Source: Eukaryota sp. TZLM1-RC
Lineage: Eukaryota; Protista; Metamonada: BaSk clade
Reading direction: 5' to 3'
Assembly (NCBI GenBank): GCA_040285825.1
Contig: JAUPSS010000001.1
Coordinates: 1-64,000, forward strand
Length of the DNA stretch: 64,000 bases
Shown: positions 1 through 11,995 of the stretch, one piece after another
Numbering within the stretch: position 1 is the first letter of the stretch
How the letters are laid out: each line of letters starts with the position of its first letter
The notes under the pieces: generated by a model
What the model was told of the DNA's origin: nothing
Seen by the model: only the letters and a program-made list of their open reading frames with translations
Database searches by the model: none
Program-made: the position numbers and the translations under genes

Positions 1-3000
1 AAGGTCTTCTTGAAGATTTTGCACCACCAGATTGTAATAAACAACCATTGGTCAATATACGAAACTAGGAACTTCATATGAGCCTCAGTAAATCGTATCA
101 AAAACGATACTCTTACACTTACAGCAATTGTTTTATTAGTTTACAACATTCAATTGTATACTTTTTGATTTTTTTACTTTTTACAATTTAATGTTTAAAA
201 AATTAATACACTCAATTAATTCAAATATATACAAAAATCATTTGAAAATGTAATCATGAGTTTGTACTGATCAAGTAACACATAGCCAACATTACTAACA
301 CACAATTTCACACAAAGTTTGATCACAAGTTGATCACATCTAGTACATAAAGACTACATGCAACTCATCTAATCATACCAATGACCATTCAACCAATCAT
401 ACCAATGACTAATCAAATGACCATAGCACGGACTTTAACACCACAATTGTTATATTAATTGTCCCAAAAATGGACTTTAAAGATTTGACCAATGATTGTA
501 ATAAACAACCATTGGTCAATATACGAAACTAGGAACTTCATATGAGCTCTCAGTAAATCGTATCAAAAACGATACTCTTACACTTACAGCAATTGTTTTA
601 TTAGTTTACAACATTCAATTGTATACTTTTTGATTTTTTTACTTTTTACAATTTGAATGTTTAAAAAAATTAATACACTCAATTAATTCAAATATATACA
701 AAAATCATTTGAAAAATGTAATCATGAGTTTGTACTGATCAAGTAACACATAGCCAACATTACTAACACACAATTTCACACAAAGTTTGATCACAAGTTG
801 ATCACATCTAGTACATAAAGACTACATGCAACTCATCTAATCATACCAATGACCATTCAACCAATCATACCAATGACTAATCAAATGACCATAGCACGGA
901 CTTTAACACCACAATTGTTATATTAATTGTCCCAAAATGGACTTGAAGATTTGACCAATGATTGTAATAAACAACCATTGGTCAATATACGAAACTAGGA
1001 ACTTCATATGAGCCTCAGTAAATCGTATCAAAAAACGATACTCTTACACTTACAGCAATTGTTTTATTAGTTTACAACATTCAATTGTATACTTTTTGAT
1101 TTTTTTACTTTTTTTACAATTGAATGTTTAAAAATTAATACACTCAATTAATTCAAATATATACAAAAATCATTTGAAAATGTAATCATGAGTTTGTACT
1201 GATCAAGTAACACATAGCCAACATTACTAACACACAATTTCACACAAAGTTTGATCACAAGTTGATCACATCTAGTACATAAAGACTACATGCAACTCAT
1301 CTAATCATACCAATGACCATTCAACCAATCATACCAATGACTAATCAAATGACCATAGCACGGACTTTAACACCACAATTGTTATATTAATTGTCCCAAA
1401 ATGGACTTTTAAAGATTTGACCAATGATTGTAATAAACAACCATTGGTCAATATACGAAACTAGGAACTTCATATGAGCTCTCAGTAAATCGTATCAAAA
1501 ACGATACTCTTACACTTACAGCAATTGTTTTATTAGTTTACAACATTCAATTGTATACTTTTTGATTTTTACTTTTTTTACAATTGAATGTTTAAAAATT
1601 AATACACTCAATTAATTCAAATATATACAAAAATCATTTGAAATGTAATCATGAGTTTGTACTGATCAAGTAACACATAGCCAACATTACTAACACACAA
1701 TTTCACACAAAGTTTGATCACAAGTTGATCACATCTAGTACATAAAGACTACATGCAACTCATCTAATCATACCAATGACCATTCAACCAATCATACCAA
1801 TGACTAATCAAATGACCATAGCACGGACTTTAACACCACAATTGTTATATTAATTGTCCCAAAATGGACTTTTAAAGATTTGACCAATGATTGTAATAAA
1901 CAACCATTGGTCAATATACGAAACTAGGAACTTCATATGAGCTCTCAGTAAATCGTATCAAAAACGATACTCTTACACTTACAGCAATTGTTTTATTAGT
2001 TTACAACATTCAATTGTATACTTTTTGATTTTACTTTTTTTACAATTGAATGTTTAAAATTAATACACTCAATTAATTCAAATATATACAAAATCATTTG
2101 AAAAATGTAATCATGAGTTTGTACTGATCAAGTAACACATAGCCAACATTACTAACACACAATTTCACACAAAGTTTGATCACAAGTTGATCACATCTAG
2201 TACATAAAGACTACATGCAACTCATCTAATCATACCAATGACCATTCAACCAATCATACCAATGACTAATCAAATGACCATAGCACGGACTTTAACACCA
2301 CAATTGTTATATTAATTGTCCCAAAATGGACTTTAAAGATTTGACCAATGATTGTAATAAAACAACCATTGGTCAATATACGAAACTAGGAACTTCATAT
2401 GAGCTCTCAGTAAATCGTATCAAAACGATACTCTTACACTTACAGCAATTGTTTTATTAGTTTACAACATTCAATTGTATACTTTTGATTTTACTTTTTT
2501 ACAATTGAATGTTTAAAAAAATTAATACACTCAATTAATTCAAATATATACAAAAATCATTTGAAAATGTAATCATGAGTTTGTACTGATCAAGTAACAC
2601 ATAGCCAACATTACTAACACACAATTTCACACAAAGTTTGATCACAAGTTGATCACATCTAGTACATAAAGACTACATGCAACTCATCTAATCATACCAA
2701 TGACCATTCAACCAATCATACCAATGACTAATCAAATGACCATAGCACGGACTTTAACACCACAATTGTTATATTAATTGTCCCAAAATGGACTTTAAAG
2801 ATTTGACCAATGATTGTAATAAACAACCATTGGTCAATATACGAAACTAGGAACTTCATATGAGCTCTCAGTAAATCGTATCAAAAACGATACTCTTACA
2901 CTTACAGCAATTGTTTTATTAGTTTACAACATTCAATTGTATACTTTTTGATTTTTTTACTTTTTTTACAATTTAATGTTTAAAAATTAATACACTCAAT

Positions 3001-3305
3001 TAATTCAAATATATACAAAATCATTTGAAAATGTAATCATGAGTTTGTACTGATCAAGCAACACATAGCCAACATTACTAACACACAATTTCACACAAAG
3101 TTTGATCACAAGTTGATCACATCTAGTACATAAAGACTACATGCAACTCATCTAATCATACCAATGACCATTCAACCAATCATACCAATGACTAATCAAA
3201 TGACCATAGCACGGACTTTTAACACCACAATTGTTATATTAATTGTCCCAAAATGGACTTTAAAGATTTGACCAATGATTGTAATAAACAACCATTGGTC
3301 AATAT
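1..3305 (-). repeat. Tandem repeat A, ~463-bp unit, ~7 copies (rDNA 3' spacer)
   Basis: Anchor ccattggtcaatatacg recurs at 45, 509, 975, 1441, 1904, 2366, 2827, 3292; units differ mostly in homopolymer length. Confidence 0.97.
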
Positions 3306-3706
3306 ACGAAACTAGGAACTTCATATGAGCCTCAGTAAATCGTATCAAAAACGATACTCTTACACTTACAGCAATGAGTTCCGTATCTTGGTCGTCTGCC
3401 AAGGTTTCATGATCCTGCGAATCTTCATAGTTTCAATGATCAATGAATAGTACTTAGACTAAACATCAATCCCACTGATGAGATATTGGGACTGTGTAAA
3501 CACAATCCTAATCTTTATCGATTAAATTTGCAGGTCAATATATCATCCTTTCTAGGTTGGATACTAGCTTAGAGGCGTTCAGCTATAATCCAACGCATGT
3601 TAGCTTCACACCAATATCTTTTCAGATAAGCGTAAATACCAATTATGCGAAACAACGGTTCCTCTCGTACTGGGTTGCTTTACTATTAGGATGACAATTA
3701 TTCAGT
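3306..3706 (-). rRNA. 28S rRNA 3'-terminal fragment (~400 nt, includes sarcin-ricin loop)
   Basis: Matches 17346-17746; reverse complement has AGTACGAGAGGAACC and GCTGAACGCCTCTAAG. The 3' end is estimated by analogy to yeast 25S. Confidence 0.95.
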
Positions 3707-3758
3707 TTATTAAAGAAAGAAATGTTCAATCACAATGAAGAAACTATATCTAAAGCGA

Positions 3759-6700
3759 TCAATCATCACTAAGATCACAAATGGCAAGTCGGGCATACAC
3801 TTTGCTCATTTTAAAGCATGATCTTGTAAATGACAGCGATATTTTTTTCCCATAAGAGCCTATCTCCTTTTTACGCAAAAAATTTACAAAACTTCGTTCG
3901 ATGCCTCCAGAAGGAAATGCGATTAGTGGAACCAAAGGAACATGGTGAGAATATTTACCAATTTTCGACATTCTACGGCGTTCAATCAGTGTATTGAGAG
4001 GGGTAGAATATCCACCGACTAAAGTGAGGTCATAACACTCGCTGCCATCGGGACGAATAAGGTCAACTCTGCCGTTACCTACGTTCTGTTCTTTGAGTAA
4101 GCCTGTCAGTTGCGATATCAATTCAACCACATCATCATGTCTTCTAATTCGCATAGATGATAGTTGTTCGCAATTGGCTGAATGATACTGAGAATTGGAT
4201 TCATGTTTACAAAAGGGACAGTGATGTACAAATTCAGAACAGAGGAGGCGGGTTCTTAAGAAATACTTGAGCAATGAATCGTCAACAAGTTCCTCAGATG
4301 GATTGATAAATAAAAGTGATTGAGACAGTGGTTTGCAATTGATTAGAACGTCGTTTTCATATTTAATTGGGATGGGTGCTATGGCTGGGTCAGTTACCGG
4401 CGACCTAAATGAAGCGAGTACAGCAGGCTTGGATCTAAAGTCCCTAGTCAAAGAATTCAGAGTCTCCAAAAAGTGGTTTTGAGTTAAGAGAGCTTGAAGT
4501 TTTGATAAGTTGGGGGAGTTGGTAGCTGTACCAAGTTCATGAAATAATGATTCAGCGCACATAAGATCTAAATCATCAAGTGGCAATGAAGAGTGGAAGA
4601 GGTTTAAAGTCCTATTGCTGGTGATGTAGGAGGCTGCGAAGCACAAATGAGCTATTTCCCCATAATTTGTGAGACCGAGTCCTCCAAATCTGGCTGACGG
4701 GAGAGAAATCAACTGAGGAAACATAGGAACAACCCCAAGTGCCGAAGAAACAAAAGAAACTATTTGATGAAAACAACTAATGAGGGGATTCTTGCTGACT
4801 GCTGGGCGATGAACACGTGCATGAAAGGACAGTTTGGTGTTGATGCAGTGTCTCACAAGAAGCAATTGCTCTTGTAACGTCAGCGATTCGAGACATTTCA
4901 ACAGAGAACTAGTTATTGGTGGGAGTGAGCTTGAAAGATCATCTTCGGCGTTTGGGCCAAAATGTGCACCAAGCACCTCGAAATTGTCATTGCTAGAGAC
5001 AACAGCAGTTTTGTCAAGATTGACTTCAAGACCAATGTCTTGGATAAAGCTTGAAACAGTCCCAACAATAGCATCAGTTTCATGGTCGTTGCAAAGAACA
5101 AAAAGGTCATCTAAATACAAATAAAAATGACAGGATGGGTGCAGGGTACTGAGCTGTGTTGTAAACGGGACAAGGGCAGTTGAAAACAGCAAGGGACCGA
5201 GGGGATCGCCTTGTCGAACACCACGTTCTGAGAAAATAACTGAGTTTCTAAAATGTAATGTGGAAGGGCTCAGATAGCTAGCTTTAAAGAATGGGAACAG
5301 CAAAGGACAATATTCAGCAACAGCTTGGGCAAGCTGACAACGATCGACCTCATTGAATGCATTGCGCACATCAAACTTGATCAGTTTTTCGAAAGATAGG
5401 CCTAGATTACTACGAATTGAATGGACAATAGCTTCACCACCACCAGGGACTTTCACGCCATATTGATTTGAATTGATCAAATAGTCAACATTTACTTTAG
5501 ATAACGCAAGGCCGGCAGCAATGCGGTAAAATAGTTCTCCAACTGCCAAGGGTCGCACTCCATTACTTTTCTTTGGGATGGCGAGCAATCTACTGGAAGT
5601 GAGAACACGTCTGAGGGGCTCACTTATTTTGCCACTGAGCAGGCCGTTTGCTATATACTGTACACATGACACCAAGTGGTCATCAATACACTGTTTCAAA
5701 AGTTTGGCATGCCAGTGGGAGGGGCCACCTTCCGTCATAGGGGAATTAAGGATTGCGTCAGCTACGGAAGAGGAGTCGTGGTAGGAGTAGTGTTCAGTTA
5801 GCATATTGTTATATTGACAAAAGTTTGGATCAGCTGGATGGAGGTGTTGCAATTGCTCTAGCATGGAGTTATTAGTTATGTTTGCTGTTGGTGGTTCTCT
5901 TGATAGCAGATTCATAGCGCGACTCAGTTCGTTGTCGTGAATAAGTTCTTTGACTCTCTTTATATTGACTCGATTGCTAAATGTATGTGGTCTGATGGGG
6001 GTTGTGTTACAAAAAGAAGGAAGAAGTATCTTCACATTGACCAATATTAAATTTGTGAACCCTGTGTTGGAATCGGAAAAAGTTTAAAAAGTGATGAGCC
6101 TTTGTCCAGCTTTTAGGCAAACTACCGGTAGCACTAGAAGATATCTACATTTTTGTTCCATTGGCAGGGAAGAATGGGTGACCAACTTGACTGCAGAGCG
6201 GAATGAGGGACGATCACTGAGCCGCTTGTAAGTGAAGCTTGCAATTTCATTGCTCAGTTGAATAAATAGAGAATCGGAAATACATGGCATATCCAGAGTC
6301 GGTGACTCATGACGTTTGAAATGGTTGTCAAAACCAACCGATGAGAACACCTTCAGGCAAACGGGGCAGCGAACCAGATTATTAATGTGTAATGTGTCAG
6401 TGTCTATAGAAGAGTGATGCTTATCAATATGGCAGCATAAGGTTCTTGCTTTGGAGAAGAAACTGGGACAGATAGGACAATTGTGTGATTTTTCTAAATT
6501 GAACGAGTCAAGGGGAGCACTATCAGCGATGTGTTCACAGTGGTCAGGTGGTAATGAACAAAGTGGTATAGGGCCTTCAAGAACATGATAACGTGTTCTT
6601 AAATACTTCAGCAGTGAACATTCAGAGCCATTAGCGCCACGTTTTGCTAAAACATCAGCAACATTATTATTGGTATTGTCAGAATGTGCCAACACTTTTT

Positions 6701-8301
6701 TAAAGGAGAAGGAGAATAGTCTAAAACGAGAACTATTTATGAGATCCTTTATTTGGCTGCGGATTCTTTTGACAGTAGGATTCTTTAGGGATGCTTTTAG
6801 GTTAAGAGAATCAACAACAAGGCTACTGTCAGAAAAAAATGATAATGTGTTTGTGGACAGTGAGAGAGCAACACTAAGGATTTAATGGTCATCAAAACAG
6901 CTTCAAACTCAGCTGCGTTATGGGTGTTGTACCGTGATGGGCCATAAATTTCGAATCGCTTATCCTTGAAAGTATAAAAGCCACCAAAGCCAGATTTATT
7001 ACTTTTCTTGAGAAAAGATCCATCTGTGTAAATCTCCAAGGGATTCACATTAACATCCATATCAGAGGAAGCATTCGATTCAAGCATGTGGCCACTGTCA
7101 TCAGGAAGTATGATTGGATTAGATTCATCACCATCATCATTGGCATCAAAAGAGACAATAGGAGAACTATCAAGGTCAGAAGGACAAACAGGTGGATGTG
7201 AAATATCTCGAACAGGTTCAGTCACAAGAGGGCCCTGTTGATACCCAAACCCAAGACCATAACGTTGGCTTGGGTTAACCGGTTGATGGTACAATTGAAT
7301 AGGAGAGTCCTCAGAAGGAAGAAGAGGACTCTCTGAATTATTGACAGATTCACTGAGAAAAATGCACAACCTTTCTTAGTTTATATGCATCCCGATGCCT
7401 TCTACAGAAATGATGTCAGAGCAGCTACATCTTGTGTATCCATTGGCTTTTAAGACATCAAGGCTGACATCAGGATGCATTTTCATCAAATGCCTTGTCA
7501 ACCCAGACCGCTTAGAGAACGGTTCAGTTCTGGGGCAGAGCGAGACAAAAGCAGCAGAACTTTCTCTCTACGATTTTGACAAACACCTGAAATTTTGTTC
7601 TAAATTTTCGACATTAGCAGAGAGGGGATCATCACAAAGGGACACAGGGCAAAAACCCCCCTTCCCACCACAGTGGTTATTTGTAGCGAGCCGAAGCTCA
7701 CTACGAGAATCGATCACGTCATTGCTGACGTGATCGCTGGTATTAGCACCTCTCAATGGAGAGGCACTAGACAATGTGCGTGTGGGGATTCGAACTCAGG
7801 ACCGCAACCTCTGAGTCAAAGGTCTTATCCACTAGACCAGGTGAGCGCTGATACCTGTCGCTGGTAACTATCATATGGAGTTGCAAGGTGAGAACTATCT
7901 TGGTCTGAAATAATCGTTTGAGGAAAGAATTCAGAAGCGTCTAAAACAGAGATTGAGGCAAAGTATTTTTCAGTGTGTGAGGAAGCGTCAGTGGAAAGTT
8001 GACCAGAGGAAGTGGGTGGGTCATTAGAGGTAAGCTGTGAAATGGAGAAAGAGTACTTATCTTCCGCATATAAATGTGGAGTTTGGTCATAGGAAGAAGC
8101 CAACACTAGATTTCGGTCAGATTCATCAGAATCTGCCACGGACAGCTCTATAGCACTAGGGCTATTCTGCTCGATGCCGCTGACATCGGCAGTCATGTTG
8201 GACTCTTCTAGACCTTCCAAAAGAGAAGAGAATTCTGAAGGAGATAAAGAAGGTTGAGACTTTGAGGGCTTAAAAAACCCCGTAAGAGATGTCTGTCTCA
8301 T
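3759..8301 (-). CDS. Family A polyprotein (~1500 aa, several frameshifts): PIP box - Zn fingers - RNase H - Zn fingers - RT - CCHC/RLE
   Basis: ORF pieces join by homology to element C: MRQTSLTGFF; IYTDGS..AAEFEA..FSDS..NNVADVLAK; CPIC..H..H; RPLAVGELFYR, FDVRNAFN, QGDPLGP, YLDD; CPFC..H..C, RHD, RVDL, YDLT, KIGKY. Confidence 0.88.
7776..7846 (-). other. tRNA-derived cassette (A box and B box) inside the element A ORF
   Basis: Minus strand GCTCACC-TGGTCTAGTGG-ATAAGAC...GAGTTCGAATCCC; D stem GTCT/AGAC intact; anticodon loop, T stem and acceptor stem degenerate. Confidence 0.7.
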
Positions 8302-8345
8302 ACAATGGCGGTGGAACAGGAGATAGACGTGAGTTGCAGGGGAAA

Positions 8346-11300
8346 AACCATTGGTCAATATACGAAACTAGGAACTTCATATGAGCCTCAGTAAATCGTA
8401 TCAAAACGATACTCTTACACTTACAGCAATTGTTTTATTAGTTTACAACATTCAATTGTATACTTTTTGATTTTTTTACTTTTTACAATTTGAATGTTTA
8501 AAAATTAATACACTCAATTAATTCAAATATATACAAAAATCATTTGAAAAATGTAATCATGAGTTTGTACTGATCAAGTAACACATAGCCAACATTACTA
8601 ACACACAATTTCACACAAAGTTTGATCACAAGTTGATCACATCTAGTACATAAAGACTACATGCAACTCATCTAATCATACCAATGACCATTCAACCAAT
8701 CATACCAATGACTAATCAAATGACCATAGCACGGACTTTTAACACCACAATTGTTATATTAATTGTCCCAAAATGGACTTTAAAGATTTGACCAATGATT
8801 GTAATAAACAACCATTGGTCAATATACGAAACTAGGAACTTCATATGAGCCTCAGTAAATCGTATCAAAAACGATACTCTTACACTTACAGCAATTGTTT
8901 TATTAGTTTACAACATTCAATTGTATACTTTTTGATTTTTTACTTTTTTTACAATTTAATGTTTAAAAATTAATACACTCAATTAATTCAAATATATACA
9001 AAAATCATTTGAAAATGTAATCATGAGTTTGTACTGATCAAGTAACACATAGCCAACATTACTAACACACAATTTCACACAAAGTTTGATCACAAGTTGA
9101 TCACATCTAGTACATAAAGACTACATGCAACTCATCTAATCATACCAATGACCATTCAACCAATCATACCAATGACTAATCAAATGACCATAGCACGGAC
9201 TTTAACACCACAATTGTTATATTAATTGTCCCAAAATGGACTTTTAAAGATTTGACCAATGATTGTAATAAACAACCATTGGTCAATATACGAAACTAGG
9301 AACTTCATATGAGCCTCAGTAAATCGTATCAAAAACGATACTCTTACACTTACAGCAATTGTTTTATTAGTTTACAACATTCAATTGTATACTTTTTGAT
9401 TTTTTTACTTTTTTTTACAATTTGAATGTTTAAAAATTAATACACTCAATTAATTCAAATATATACAAAAATCATTTGAAAAATGTAATCATGAGTTTGT
9501 ACTGATCAAGCAACACATAGCCAACATTACTAACACACAATTTCACACAAAGTTTGATCACAAGTTGATCACATCTAGTACATAAAGACTACATGCAACT
9601 CATCTAATCATACCAATGACCATTCAACCAATCATACCAATGACTAATCAAATGACCATAGCACGGACTTTAACACCACAATTGTTATATTAATTGTCCC
9701 AAAATGGACTTTAAAGATTTGACCAATGATTGTAATAAACAACCATTGGTCAATATACGAAACTAGGAACTTCATATGAGCCTCAGTAAATCGTATCAAA
9801 AACGATACTCTTACACTTACAGCAATTGTTTTATTAGTTTACAACATTCAATTGTATACTTTTTGATTTTTTACTTTTTTTTACAATTTAATGTTTAAAA
9901 ATTAATACACTCAATTAATTCAAATATATACAAAATCAATTGAAAATGTAATCATGAGTTTGTACTGATCAAGTAACACATAGCCAACATTACTAACACA
10001 CAATTTCACACAAAGTTGATCACATCTAGTACATAAAGACTACATGCAACTCATCTAATCATACCAATGACCATTCAACCAATCATACCAATGACTAATC
10101 AAATGACCATAGCACGGACTTTAACACCACAATTGTTATATTAATTGTCCCAAAATGGACTTTAAAGATTTGACCAATGATTGTAATAAACAACCATTGG
10201 TCAATATACGAAACTAGGAACTTCATATGAGCCTCAGTAAATCGTATCAAAAACGATACTCTTACACTTACAGCAATTGTTTTATTAGTTTACAACATTC
10301 AATTGTATACTTTTTGATTTTTTACTTTTTTTACAATTTAATGTTTAAAATTAATACACTCAATTAATTCAAATATATACAAAAATCATTTGAAAAATGT
10401 AATCATGAGTTTGTACTGATCAAGTAACACATAGCCAACATTACTAACACACAATTTCACACAAAGTTTGATCACAAGTTGATCACATCTAGTACATAAA
10501 GACTACATGCAACTCATCTAATCATACCAATGACCATTCAACCAATCATACCAATGACTAATCAAATGACCATAGCACGGACTTTAACACCACAATTGTT
10601 ATATTAATTGTCCCAAAATGGACTTTTAAAGATTTGACCAATGATTGTAATAAACAACCATTGGTCAATATACGAAACTAGGAACTTCATATGAGCCTCA
10701 GTAAATCGTATCAAAAACGATACTCTTACACTTACAGCAATTGTTTTATTAGTTTACAACATTCAATTGTATACTTTTTGATTTTTTTACTTTTTTTACA
10801 ATTTAATGTTTAAAAATTAATACACTCAATTAATTCAAATATATACAAAATCATTTGAAAATGTAATCATGAGTTTGTACTGATCAAGTAACACATAGCC
10901 AACATTACTAACACACAATTTCACACAAAGTTTGATCACAAGTTGATCACATCTAGTACATAAAGACTACATGCAACTCATCTAATCATACCAATGACCA
11001 TTCAACCAATCATACCAATGACTAATCAAATGACCATAGCAACTTTAACACCACAATTGTTATATTAATTGTCCCAAAATGGACTTTAAAGATTTGACCA
11101 ATGATTGTAATAAACAACCATTGGTCAATATACGAAACTAGGAACTTCATATGAGCCTCAGTAAATCGTATCAAAACGATACTCTTACACTTACAGCAAT
11201 GGTTTTTATTAGTTTGCAACATTCAATTGTATACTTTTTGATTTTTACTATTTTTTACAATTTAATGTTTAAAAATTAATAAACTCAATTAATTCAAATA

Positions 11301-11594
11301 TATACAAAAATCAATTGAAAATGTAATCATGAGTTTGTACTGATCAAGTAACACATAGCCAACATTACTCACACACAATTTCACACAAAGTTTGATCACA
11401 AGTTGATCACATCTAGTACATAAGGACTACATGCAACTCACCTCATCACACCAATGACCATTCAACCAATCATACCAATGACTACTCAAATGACCATAGC
11501 ACGGACTTTAACACCACAATTGTTATATTAATTGTCCCAAAATGGACTTTAAAGATTTGACCAATGATTGTAATAAACAACCATTGGTCAATAT
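8346..11594 (-). repeat. Tandem repeat A, ~7 copies
   Basis: Same ~463-bp unit; the unit near 10015 lacks one copy of the tgatcaca direct repeat. Confidence 0.97.
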
Positions 11595-11995
11595 ACGAAA
11601 CTAGGAACTTCATATGAGCCTCAGTAAATCGTATCAAAAACGATACTCTTACACTTACAGCAATGAGTTCCGTATCTTGGTCGTCTACCAAGGTTTCATG
11701 ATCCTGCGAATCTTCATAGTTTCAATGATCAATGAATAGTACTTAGACTAAACATCAATCCCACTGATGAGATATTGGGACTGTGTAAACACAATCCTAA
11801 TCTTTATCGATTAAATTTGTAGGTCAATATATCATCCTTTCTAGGTTGGATACTAGCTTAGAGGCGTTCAGCTATAATCCAACACATGTTAGCTTCACAC
11901 CAATATCTTTTCAGATAAGCGTAAATACCAATTATGCGAAACAACGGTTCCTCTCGTACTGGGTTGCTTTACTATTAGGATGACAATTATTCAGT
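11595..11995 (-). rRNA. 28S rRNA 3'-terminal fragment
   Basis: As 3306-3706 with three transitions (~11687, 11820, 11884). Confidence 0.95.

Larger units (their letters stand above)
3707..8342 (-). mobile_element. 28S-inserted CRE-clade non-LTR retrotransposon, family A, full-length copy A1 (~4.6 kb)
   Basis: 3' junction ttcagt|ttattaaag versus empty site ttcagt|agggtaaa (17746/17747); 5' end gagttgcaggg shared with element C; RT and RLE motifs present. Confidence 0.93.

Noticed and set aside
1-3305. CRISPR array or telomeric repeat
   Set aside because: Units are ~463 bp with no unique spacers, and no short G-rich telomere motif is present
3196-3402. Recurrent 66-69 aa ORFs (also 11022, 11482, 17233, 32342, 48446)
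   Set aside because: Chance translations of the 28S tail and repeat A; frames vary with homopolymer length
7776-7846. Functional tRNA gene
   Set aside because: Acceptor and T stems do not pair and the anticodon loop is missing; kept only as a tRNA-derived cassette
3707-8342. Calling the elements R2 or group I/II introns
   Set aside because: The R2 site (~18459) is empty and ~710 nt away; RT motifs are CRE-like; there is no upstream exon, and 5' truncation is typical of TPRT
8300-8345. HDV-like ribozyme at the A/C 5' end
   Set aside because: Only ~40 nt precede the ATG and I could not build P1/P2/P3/L3 pairings
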